This document shows, piece by piece, positions 38,691-51,543 of a DNA stretch of 64,000 nt. Where the stretch lies: positions 186,001 to 250,000 of the forward strand of contig JAHLTZ010000024.1 in NCBI GenBank assembly GCA_025786725.1, given 5' to 3'. The notes under the pieces are model-generated. The model made no database searches. It was not told the origin of the DNA and saw nothing but the letters and a program-made list of their open reading frames with translations. Position numbers and translations under genes: made by a program. Within the stretch, counting starts at the first letter, position 1, and each line of letters starts with the position of its first letter. The DNA is from Syncephalis fuscata S228 (taxonomy: Eukaryota > Fungi > Zoopagomycota).

Positions 38691-39330
38691 ATGTAATTCT
38701 CTATTGCTGCTATTGGTATTTTTATTGCTATAACTATAGCTAATATAGTCGTAACTGATGCTACGCCTGTACCACCTCTTCCAAAACCACTCAAGTTTTT
38801 GGTCGCTAAAGATGTAAAACTTTGCAAAAGTTGTTGCTTCCTGCGAACAAAACAATGGATTCGCCAAATATAGTATAATCTCCTTTCCTCAAATTGTTAA
38901 TCTTTCGTGTTATGATAAAAAAAATAGCAAAAAAACTAAACAATATTACATACCTCGACGTCGTAGTAACAATGATGACGATACAATCGATGAAGCTGGA
39001 CAAGATATTCTTAAAGCCTTTATGCACGGTTGCGAAGCCACAAAAGAAATTTTGAACTTAGCCATTACAAATATTCTGCCAAAGTTCGTATTGCCTGTAC
39101 CAATAATGGCAATATAGTGAACATATTCAGAATTGACCTAGATAGTTCAAAAGCTTCTATTGTTGAAAAGGATCCTCCAAAAGCTCCATTGTTGAAAAGG
39201 ATCCTTCAAAAGTATTTAATGACGACAGGAAGGCTTATGAAAGTATATACGTGCTAAGAATTCAACTCCTAAACCTGATACCCAGTACCAGCCTATTTTT
39301 TATTCGCGTACAAGACCTCTTAGTCCGTCT
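38691..39330 (+). pseudogene. Degraded secreted-protein gene (nonsense at codon 2 plus frameshifts)
   Basis: ATG TAA TTC TCT ATT GCT... reads M*FSIAAIGIFIAITIANIVVTDATPVPPLPKP, a signal peptide with a probable AAA>TAA change. After a frameshift near 38818 about 100 open codons follow (FAKVVASCEQNNGFAKYS..AFMHGCEATKEIL). Confidence 0.55.
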
Positions 39331-42076
39331 TAACTCATTCCTTTATATGCTTAATAAGCATTTTAAAATAAAGCGTACATTAATACTTATAATTAAAATA
39401 ATTATAGTTATTAATCTAAACAACATAAGCTATAAATACTATATAATTAAATTTATTTATTTTAATATTAAACAATAATAATGGCAAACTAACTATGCCG
39501 CTGCAATAGCAATAGGCTACTGTTTTGCATCAATTCAGATTTGTAGGCTGAATTCACGATAATAACTAGTAGCTTTATAAAAGTAAAATTTTCTCATTTA
39601 GTTATTATTATTTTGATAGTAAACCTATTTTTATCAGTTATTGCTTATTAAAGTTTAGCCATAATAAACCGAATATTTTTTATGAAGCTAAAAAGAAGTA
39701 AGATGGAACTATAAGCTAATATATTTTATGGATAATGAATAAGACTATTCTTTTATAGTGGATACAGCTAATAATAAATATAAATGTTTTTTAGCATTTT
39801 ATTATTAACGCAGTGTTATCAACTTATGTAATGGCTCATATATTCATAACTAGCAAGTATTTATTGGTCATATCCCCGTAATAATTAGTATTGATATCCA
39901 ATATATGTGCTGTTCCTGTTTGTCTGTATGTAATGTTAACGGATTGTTTAAATAATGTGTGTATTTCTTAGTCACATTATTGTGAAAATATTGTTACTAT
40001 TCCACTAAGAGTAGAATAATAAACGGATTACTAATATTATGCTTGGTCTTGAGTGACCTATAATGTTAGTAATTAGTGTTATATAAGACTTACTTAATTG
40101 TTTTTATTAATAAAGATTATCAACCTTTAATTAATAATTTCTACAGAAGTAGAATAAATGACTAGAATATTGTTAGCTCAGATAAAAAGATCAGTTCAGT
40201 CTAGCAATCACTGCAAGACTGAAATGATCAAAAGGTTCAAAATTCAAATAAAATAAAAAAGAATTTAAACCAAGATAAGATAATGTTTATTAAGATTAAA
40301 AATATGGTTGCCATTTTATAGCAAATGGTCTTGGATATTAGGAAGGAAGAACTTGAACGGCTTGTCTGTTCAATTTCTTCTTCCGGCAATATGGGGCTAG
40401 TTTTACTGTAATAAGTAATATGGAGCCGTGAATTGCAAGTATTTATAGGCGCTGTGTTTCTTGCCAAGAGTTAGAACGATTGTAGTGTTGGGATCGTCGT
40501 GTCTTAACCGAAAGAATGGCCATCTTTTACTAGGACCCTGACTATTACAGAAATGGGAATAGTCACGTGATGAAGTTATTGCTAATTAAGTTTTCTACCA
40601 AATATGGTAAATAACGCAACTTACACCACAATTATACTGGTGAAATAGTAACAATATGATTATAATATCAAATAATAGCACGTTGTTGTTATTATATTGT
40701 TCAATTAATAGTGTTTAATATAATTGCATCGTTATTGCTTATACTATTTCATTCTACTTTTATTTATGCCAGATATGTTGTTTTAATATATAAATTTAAA
40801 AAGCATATTTTTTTGCTGTACCCATGTCTTTATTAATATAATATAAATATATGGTTATATGTTATAGTTTATATAAGCAGTGTAATGTTCACACTGTCAT
40901 TCTTTCCTTCTATCATAAGTCAGTATATTAATGCAATCACTGTGCCATTCTCACAGTGGTGTGTGGTAATTAACTTTGGTCCAAACAGCCATTAAATTAC
41001 TGGTTGTCTGCAATGTATATCATTAGAAAACTGTGTTTTAGCTACAGCATTTCTAAGTATTAATTAGTATTAACGAAAAAAATAATACTCAACTCAGCGT
41101 TTACAAATAAACCTCTAATTTTTTTATTAAAGTTTGAAACATAGGAGCCACACAAAAATACAATTAATATAATGGGCTACGCTTTTTTTATCATGTCGCC
41201 CAATATATACATAAAAATGCTACTTTAAACGTTGCGATTCAAGGTTCATATTTAAATAATGAAGGTTTGTTGCTTTTAATTTGTTCTCATGAGTTGATGT
41301 CATTGCTTTTACTTAAAAAATTTATACCGTATTTGGCCAGTCTCATAATAAATACATTAGTTAAAAACACTCAATCATAATGATTTAAATAATTAACAAG
41401 TTGACTAATTGATTGACCCCCACATTTGTAGTCTCCAAAGCAGCAAATCTTTTTACGTAATCAATTGTAGTGAATTAAATAGTTGACGAGTTGATTAAAT
41501 TAAATTGTATTTAAATCATCATTTAGAATAAATATTAATGTAATATGATAGCATTATCATTTCCATAAAATATAATTAAATGTAACATACTATTTAATTT
41601 ATTTGGGACATTTAAGGCTGTCATTATTTTGCTGGCCATGTGTAGAAAGATTGATTGAATATTAATAGAAACCATTGATTACGATTTCATATCATTGCAC
41701 ATTAATTGTTGTTGCATCTATGTACAGCATGGATTATTGCATCTGAATGGTCTTTTATTTTTATTTTCTAATATTATACATGTTATACTGATGAATGAAT
41801 GTTTAATTGTATTTAAAAGTGTTAATAGGTGAAACGAATAGATAACAATGTAAAAGTCAAACTACAGTAGCTTCCAATAATTAATTTAAATCACTGTTTA
41901 CTATTTGCACCCACTTTTTACTACATTTCCCCTTTCAGCTTTTTAAATAATTATACAAGTCAATGATATAGCCTTTGTTGCTGTTGCCAATTTTACTAAT
42001 ATTCAAAACAAGCACCCTTTTAAGCACCATACCTTTTTCCTTTTTTTCTATTAGTCAGCTAACATTACTATTCGCG

Positions 42077-43666
42077 ATGGTAGGAACAGTTATACCAACG
42101 ACAACTACTATATTTTTTATTAAACTGTACGCGACTATAGGATGCGCAGGCGACATTCGCGAGCAACGAGACGCTTTCACCGCAACAAGCGACCTATCTA
42201 AAGGAGTAAGTGTGAATAAACGCCGATGTTATTGAACAATAAGTATAATAATGCTTATCGCTCAATACTATTACCTAGGCTTGAAGAGGAACGTGAATTC
42301 TTTAAAAAACACCAAGGTAATCTAGATTGTATATAGTATATCGCATAGACATATCGACTAATCGATTAATATAGGCCATGAGATGCAACATTTTGTGATG
42401 TTTGTTATCTTTCTTGGCGCTATTGCCGGGTCACAAATAGTGTTTTTCTTTTGGAAACGGCACCATCTTCGGTCCTTTCAACTTGCTACAGTTATCGGTC
42501 TATGGTAAGTATCGTTTGGACAAAAACAATGGCTTATAAAAACTAGGTTGATTCCAGCGGCATTTTGTATCTATGGCGGACTAGTGCGCTTTCTTATCAT
42601 ATGGGCCATTTATTCTTTAGCTAATGGGTGGAGTAAGCATTAACGCAAATACATATATTATGGTTTTATAAATGTTGATTACTAAACTAGTTATCCACCG
42701 AGCCACTCAGACGCCTCTTCATCATTTGACGCCAGCGTAGGTTGTGCTTTATTATAGCGTGGCTATCATTAACGGTTACATTGTATAGTTTGGTTTATAA
42801 ATGGTTTCAAATCCTTTATCGTGTGACTTATGCAGTCGCTATGTCAGGCTATATACTTATTATGCTATCGATTGTTGGTATTACTCAGATATTCTTTAAT
42901 GTGGAAAATATAGTTGCTATCTCTGCCGATTTGTTATTTTACGGTCTTTACTTTGGGTAAGTGTTTGATTAAAATGTAATAGCGGTGTTACTGATATGTG
43001 ATATTAATACTGTAATGTATAGTGTATTTAGCCGTGATTTAGTTGAACTGTGCGCAGATCGGATGGCCTCCTCCATCGGCGTAAGTAATAAGCAGTATAT
43101 TTATAGAGAATGAAGTATTTATAAGTTTAAAGTATTATAACAAAGATGGGTTACCCAACAAACAACTGAGTGATGGCGTCTGTGCCATCTGTGGCGCCAA
43201 TATTGACGTGGGTGCTGGGCCCGATGGTCATAATGAGCATGAAGGATTTGGACGATATGAACTTGCCTGTGGCACTTGTTTCATCGTAATTGTATCCGTG
43301 GCTGGTGTTTAGTCGGTAAACGGGATATGTGCCCTTACTGGTAAGTAATATGAATCGATATCAACCGATATACTTATAAGCATTTTATAGCAAGGAAAAA
43401 GTGGATTTAAAATCATTTAGTAGCAATCCGTAAGTTAGATACTATTTATTAGTCTAAAACTAATTATACATTATTAGATGGGATACGCAACAGTTGTTTT
43501 ATCTAAATCTGCTTGATGCTATTCGATATATGATGGTTTGGTATCCAGTAAGTTAATTGCATTTATATAGCTATTGCCTAATACTAATACTTATTATTGT
43601 TTTCATTGTCTCTAGATTATACTAGGTGTTGTTCAGTTATCATACAAGATTTTTGGGCTACAGTAA
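42077..43666 (+). CDS. RNF121: RING finger transmembrane protein RNF121/RNF175 family (spliced)
   Basis: [80 protein letters not shown] and NPWD..FYLNLLDAIRY. First coding exon is ATG only. Confidence 0.88.
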
Positions 43667-43865
43667 ATGATTTTCATTCAAAATAAACTTTATGTGAAAA
43701 CTCATTATCAAATAGTATTTTATAAATATACAATTACTCTAAGACGGTTTTTATTTCATTAGTAAAGGGAAAAGGTTAAAGCAATTATATGTTTATAAAA
43801 CAATCTTTTGAATGAATAAAAGATAACTAAATTAATAACAACAGTTATTATTACTATTACTATTA

Positions 43866-45406
43866 TCAAGCTTCATGGCCTGCCACATGAGCTGCAACAA
43901 GACCACGATGTAATCGAACACTGCATATTCGCAGGCCATCAATTAGCCGATGAAATGCTGTGCAATAGCGATTTTGCAGTGCTACATCCATCATAGCACC
44001 AGAATTATTATTATTACTATTATTATTAGCAGTAGTAATGTTGGTTGTTGTTGTTGTTGCTGCGGTGGCTAAGCAGTCGTTAAAGCCATCCAGTAAAGCG
44101 GTAAAGAATGTGTCCAATTCAGCTGGCGACCATCCATAAGCTGCACATGGCTCAACAATCTTTTCGAGTAGCGTAATAAATAAATTACGCATTTCTTTAG
44201 CATTGGTAAGATTTGAGCCTATAGTAAATATAATCCGTAATAGATTACGGAAATCACCTAACAGATGATTAGGTGCCAGAGTATTGCGTTGCGTATCAAG
44301 TTTTGGCGCACCGTGTACAGTGGCGGCTATGCTCAATCGCTCTATCCACAGTCGGTCGGACATAAGTAGGCCGCGTAGTTCACGTAAATCTTGTACTAAT
44401 CGGTCATCAAATGATTCTAATGTATCAAATGAATGGCCAAGTGGATGGCCAGCCGTATCTGTAACTAATTCACTCAAGTGGATTTGCTCGTCATTTGTAT
44501 TTGGACTTTCTGAACGCTCTGTCCATATGACATCATTGCTTGGCAGCAATGTTCAAAATCAATGGCTCTATAACGTTGTAATTTACGTTTGCTGGTGTCA
44601 AATCGATGATACATGCAAATAGAATATTTGTATAACGCCTATCATATATTGGTTAATGTTTAGTATATTCATTGTTTGTTATTAGATTACTTACCCAGCT
44701 AGTTCAGGTGGTAATAAAAAGCGCTGTTCAATTTCTGCACAAAGAGGACGGCCTTCAAGGTCCTCGACTTGTTTATAAATGCGTTTAACATTATCAAACT
44801 AATAATGAACAATATTATACTAATGGCGTATATAATTACCGATTAACTTACTTGTCGTCGACAACTCACCATTGGAATGCGATTTCGTGAAGAGATGGGC
44901 TCTAAATCACGACGAAGTCGAGATGAAAGCTTTTTACCAAATAGTTCTCTAACTACTGGTTCGTCCAATCGATAATATCTAATTTATTATATTTGTCAGT
45001 ATATGGACACTCTGTGTCTATAGCCATTAGTATTCTATGTATATATACTTACCCGTGAATAAGTCGTCGTTTCACACCAGGTGGTGCTGAAAAAGCCACA
45101 TTTCCATGAATCCATGGGGTCTATGAAGTGACGGCTCTAATAAAGCAAGTTCTGCATATTGCGATGTTACTTGTTTGCTTAATAATTCAATCGATAGTTG
45201 TGGCCGATGTCGTCGTTCGCGCTGAATAGCTTCTTTAACTACATGAAAAGTAACGTCATCATAATTAAGATACTATAGCCATATTGTAATTACTTTACTA
45301 CAAATACAGTATACCTACTTGAAAGGCCAGTTAACCAGCATTGGCATATCGTAGGATCGATCGTTAACAGATCGTTGGCTACAGCCGTGAATTCAGGTGT
45401 GGTCAT
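43866..45406 (-). CDS. FIBP: Acidic FGF intracellular binding protein (FIBP) homolog (spliced)
   Basis: DLLTIDPTICQCWLTGLS, YYRLDEPVVRELFGKKLSSRLRRDL, CRRQFDNVKRIYKQVEDLEG and EMRNLFITLLEKIVEPC match FIBP family motifs. Confidence 0.8.
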
Positions 45407-45548
45407 ACTATTAATATATATGTATATATATATAGAGTGAGAGAGTAAGAAAAAAGATATACTATTGAGTGATATCAGTGACAACTTTTCTCATTTACTT
45501 TGTTTATTTTTCCTTTTATTTGTTTAGTCTTTCTAGATTGCTGTAACT

Positions 45549-46414
45549 ATGACCAAACGACGCCGTATTAATAACAACGAGTCTTCAGGTGATCGGTCAA
45601 GTAGCAATGCAGCTGTTGTAAAGTCTTGCCAAGTGTGTAAACAGGCAGAAGCGAAATACAAGTGTCCCACATGCTATTTGCCCTTGTAAGTTATTGTCAG
45701 CAACGTGTGTACCATATAGACTGACTAGAATCATCCTTTTTCAATACTATACTGATGTTTAGTTGTTCTGTTACTTGTTCTCGGAAACATAAAGGTAAAA
45801 TATACGACATGTATTACTATTTATTATTATTATCTACTAGCATAACTAATACTGTTTATTTTTGCAATGTTATTATTATAATAGAGATACCATGTCAACC
45901 ACCAGTGTCAGAATCAGTATCAGCATCATTTAATAGTAAGTAATAAAGTATAGTATTTGGTTTTTATTTATTTAATATTTATGTTTATTTATAGCACCAT
46001 CTGAAGAAGTAATAGAAGAAGTAGAAGCTATTCGTCCACTTACAAATGAACAATTGGCTAAGATTGGTAACTAAATAGTATAATAAAATGACTTTATTAA
46101 TGATACACTATTACTATGTAGATACATCTAAAGAAATCCAACAACAATTATGTCACTCTCGTTTAAAAGCAACGATTGAGCAAATACTTGAGAATAGCAG
46201 TCAAACACAACGGGATGAAATGTTGGCACAACGACTTGGATCTGATGAAGACTTTCGTAATTTTACAAGCCAATTACTTAATGTGGTTGGCTATCAAGAA
46301 AGTGATGCAGATCGAGCACGTGAACTAGCACAAGCATCACAGCGTAAACATATTCAAGCTACTCTACAACAAGCAACTATTTCTGGTCAAAGTGAAGATG
46401 AAATTAATGAATAA
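45549..46414 (+). CDS. ZNHIT3: Zinc finger HIT domain protein 3 (Hit1/ZNHIT3), box C/D snoRNP assembly
   Basis: zf-HIT CQVCKQAEAKYKCPTCYLP|FCSVTCSRKHK, and C-terminal region SKEIQQQL..DEDFRNFTSQLLNVV. Confidence 0.75.
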
Positions 46415-46708
46415 ACAGTAATGAATAAATATAATAATGAATAGTAGTCATTTGAATTATTTCAATCTACCCGTTAGTTAAATTACAAAACTTAATGATA
46501 ATATGATTAGATGGCCATTATAAATGTATACGTAATATGATAATAAAATGTTGGTCAAATTATAGCCAAAGGGATTTATTCCAACAACGCAATATCTATA
46601 CGGCACATTTAATAGACAGACGTATAGGTGCAAACGCGCAGTATAGCATCCATAAGAGTAGTCCAAACCGACACCGTACAGATACGTATGTTCCAAGAAA
46701 GCAAGCGT

Positions 46709-47395
<687 letters not shown>

Positions 47396-47970
47396 TCAAT
47401 GTGCGTATGTGTATACTGGACGTCATTCTGCGTCGCCGCTCTATTTCCTCCACGCGCTACTAATCCTGCACTCATTCATTAAATATATACGCACCTTTGT
47501 TAGCAATCAACGAAGCGAATGGGTAAAGAAAGGAGAAAGAGGAGGAGAAAAGTCAAAAAGATACAATTAGTGTGGATTTCCATCCGACAGGGGTAGCACC
47601 CACCCAATCATTATGTACACCGATATGATTCACTCTTTCTATGCACGTGTCCCATTGTTAATACGCAGCTGATAGCTAATCTTTTTATTTCGCAATAAAT
47701 ATTACGGTATAGGTAAGCGCTATTGATCCACCATAGACTGTTGGCAATGGATATACAAGTGTGTATGTAGATGTGGTATATACCATGTATGGCTTATCGG
47801 CCATCGCGATTAAATGTGTAGTGTGTAAATGCACTTTTACCAAACTTATTGATCATAAATGAATAAAATTTTCCTTTTAATAAAAACTGTTAAAAAATCA
47901 CAGTTCATCAACAATATATTTTATTTTGCTCAGAAGAAAACAATGCGCATATAAGCTAAGAATGAGCCGC

Positions 47971-49533
47971 CTACTTGAACATGCGTCTAATGTGCGCAGT
48001 GCTCAAACTCTTTGGACGCTCAAGCGGCATACCAAGAGCACGGTCCCAGATAAGTTGGGAAAGCACGCCTAGAGCACGCGATACACCAAACAATACAGTG
48101 TAGTAGTCTTGCTCGACTAGGCCGTAGTGCTGTAATAGAACACCGCTATGGGCATCAACGTTTGGCCATGGGTTCTTGGTCTTGCCGTGCTCGGTAAGTA
48201 CACCTGGTACAATGTTATACAGTTGGCTGACCAGTTTGAACATTGGGTCAGTAGCCAGATGTTTAAGGGCAAATTCGCGCTGGCAGCTGTAGCGTGGGTC
48301 GGTACGGCGAAGAACAGCGTGGCCGTAGCCTGGAACAACTTGGCCGCTACGTAATGTAGTCCATACGTAGTCCTTTACTTGTTCGTCAGTAGCACCGATG
48401 CCAATCGAGTCGCTCATCTTCATGATCCAGCGCAATACTTCTTGGTTGGCCAAACCGTGCAACGGACCAGCTAGACCGTTAAGACCAGCGGCAAACGAAA
48501 GGTATGGATCGCTAAGTGCCGATCCAACTAAATGCGTGGTGTGAGCGGATACATTACCACCTTCGTGATCTGAGTGAATGGTAAGATAGAGACGCATTAA
48601 TTCAACAAAGGTTGGGTCTTCAAAACCAAGCATATTGGCCAAGTTGGCACCATAATCCTTGGTGGCATCGAGTGCTGGTACTTTGCCATCCTTAAATACG
48701 TTACGGTAAATGCGAGCAGCGATTGGTACAAGCTTGGCGATTAGATTCATTGAATCCTCATAGGTATACTGCCAGTATTCAGCCTTGCTCATGCCTGATT
48801 GGTAAGCCTTGGCAAACAAACTGTCGTGTTGCAATGCCGTAACTGCCATACTAAACTGGCTCATTGGATGTAGAGTTGATGGGCATTCATCGAGCATTTT
48901 TTCGACAAACTTTGGAATAGTAGAACGAGCAGCCCATTCCTCGGACAGTAGCTTGACCTGCTCTTTGGTTGGCACTTCTCCGGTAACCAAGAGCCAGAAA
49001 AGACCTTCAGGCAATGGCTCACCACCATCGACGGCAGCAGGCAAACGCTTTTGGCACTCTGGAATCGTCATTCCACGGAATCGAATACCTTCTTCGGCAT
49101 CAAGGACAGATCCTTCCCAGACCAGACCTTTAATACCGCGCATACCGCCATAGGCCATGTTGACTGTGACCTCGCCCAGCGATTTCTCACCCAACTCCTT
49201 CTTGGTTTGCTTGACTTCTTCCTGTTTCTCTGGAATGATTTCAGCTAAACGTTCTTTTAGGCCCTGTCAATAAACCATTAGTTATAGCTATATTTACGTC
49301 AACACTATATGAATATTTACCTTTGTTGTGCTAGTTGAGTGCATGCGGCTACCTAGGGCAGTAGCCACAGGACGGGCAGCAGGACGGGCAACGCCAGAAA
49401 GCTAAATAAATATAATCGTCATTGCAGATACAGTATTGATTAGGATCGGCAGCTTATTACTATAACAGCTGTAGTCGTTATTACTTACGCGACCCAACAA
49501 ACCAGTAGAAGCCAAAGGACGTAGAGCAGACAT
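47971..49533 (-). CDS. CIT1: Citrate synthase, mitochondrial (spliced at 5' end)
   Basis: [63 protein letters not shown] and [11 protein letters not shown]; presequence [10 protein letters not shown]. Confidence 0.97.
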
Positions 49534-49880
49534 GTCAGCCAAATGCTTAAACAATAACAAATTAAAAGAAGGATAATAAGAAGAAGAAAGGAGTATGGCC
49601 AGGGGAACGTGGTTGCCGTTTTGTAGCACTCCTAGGCCTGCGCGAATGATCACTGAGTCCGGAAATTGCCGAGTAAGCAGATATAGAAAAAAAGGCGCGC
49701 TCCTCACGTGGGCAACGTAGAGCAGCAACTATGATATCATCGATTCACCCGAGTCGGACTAATTATTGCCGATCTTATGAATTATCGTAGTCTAAATTGT
49801 TTTATTCAAATTAAATTTTTTGTGGACATTCAAATTCAAATATTGTTTGTGAACATGCAGTTAATTTATTCTTTTTTCCC

Positions 49881-50191
49881 TTATTAAGTGAAAATGAAAA
49901 CAGTTAAATATTTAAACATATATAAAGATTTTGGCGTAGTTACGGCTAGTGTTATTTATCTTTTGAGCTGATCGAATGGTCAAGTGGAAGGCTTAGTTTA
50001 TATATTTATAAAATAATATTTCTAATTAAATTATATTGTGGTTTGTATCGAGTGAATATATTTAATAATATTCAAGTAATTGAATTAGACATACAATCTA
50101 TTGAACACGATGATGGGTGGTGTGACATTAAAGTTTAAAATACTCATCATTGTAGATTCATTATCCAGTATACATATATTTAGTATATATA
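49881..50191 (+). repeat. Left arm of 311-bp inverted repeat (partner 56634-56944)
   Basis: Reverse complement of 56634-56944 with about 5 transition mismatches by manual comparison. Confidence 0.92.
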
Positions 50192-50637
50192 AATCATTAA
50201 CGCTGTATATTTACACTGTTATATATCCAACGTATCATAGGAGGATATATTCTACTTATATTGGTTTCAACTGCATATAGTTTTGATTGAATGGTGAATG
50301 AGTTGAAATCTATTAATAATAAAGCTAGAACAAAAATAAAAGCAGCTTTGAGCAGAGAAAAGATAGATGATTATAAAATGATATATAAAATAATAAATGT
50401 ACGGTAAGAAAGCATATAAAATGATGTTGAAGTTATAGTGCGTATGATGCAATAATGAAAATGAGTGGAATGAGCAAAGTAATTGTCGCATATAAACAAT
50501 AAAATGTATTCGATATGGCATAGAATGATATAGGTGAATAGAGTATATATGTGTACTGGATATTAAATCTATAATGATGAGTATTTGATCACTGATGTCA
50601 TTTATCACTTGTCCCCATGTTCAATAGATTGAATGTG
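50090..50637. mobile_element. MITE-like copy B (both TIRs, internally deleted, opposite orientation to copy A)
   Basis: caatctattgaacacgatgatgggtggtgtgacatt..tactcatcattgtagatt at 50094-50160 and its inverse tactggatattaaatctataatgatgagtattt..catgttcaatagattg at 50554-50632. Confidence 0.75.
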
Positions 50638-51543
50638 TAGCTCAATACGCGAATGTTATTATATTTAATCATTTATGTGACTGGTGTTAAATGATTAATA
50701 AATTGTTTAATATTAATTCAGTAATCATAACGCAAATAAGACAGTCAACTAAATGAATTACCGATACTACTTTAGATCAGCCAACGTAAAGATAAAGTTT
50801 TAACCAATAAGCTTAAGTAAATAAATATGGCTACTGATACTAGCACTATTATTTATGATAACCAACCTACACATACCATAAATAATCATCTGATAAGTTT
50901 ATACAGTCTAATCTAGTTTAACTACTATAGGTCTGACACAGTATCACCAGTAGTTTACCATCTTTTTACATTTACGCTCAGACTTCTGGGTTTTGCATTG
51001 TTTTCGTGCTTTCTTATCTTGCTTATGCTGTTTTTTAATGCACGTCGTTCTTTTGTTTTTGCGTTCATCACAAGACAGTATAGAAGAGATTGACGAAATC
51101 GATGGCCATTATTAATATATGCTTCGACATCGATTGCTTGATTGAGTCATTATTCAGATTAGCTATTAACACGTGTATATCTATGTTAATCATTAATGTG
51201 GAATAGTTATGTAAGTATATGATTAATATTTTTTGATTGTTAAATACAAATAAAGCACGAGCATAGCTATAATTAGTAATTAAATCAAATTAAATGAAAC
51301 TGTGTTTTATTACTACAATATTGCATAGTTGAGTAGGAACGACTAATTGCAAGCTTGTTGATAATATGCTGATACCATCGATTAAATGGTGAATAAGCCG
51401 AAGCATTGGCTAAAACTTGATGTATAAATGGGTTAAACGACAGTTGTAGAATGGTCTTGCTTTTTGCCGAATATATTTCTAAAGTTTGTTGAATTAGTAA
51501 CTTAATTAGATTACCAATGCTAATGCTTTGAAAGTATCGGTTA

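Noticed and set aside
40237-40570. Slightly GC-richer patch with a 76-aa ORF, possible transposon relic
   Set aside because: No recognisable transposase or reverse-transcriptase motif, and no repeat termini.
50955-51146. Lys/Arg-rich open stretch on the minus strand inside the inverted-repeat cassette
   Set aside because: About 60 codons with no convincing start, splice structure or recognisable homology; it may be a gene relic but cannot be supported.
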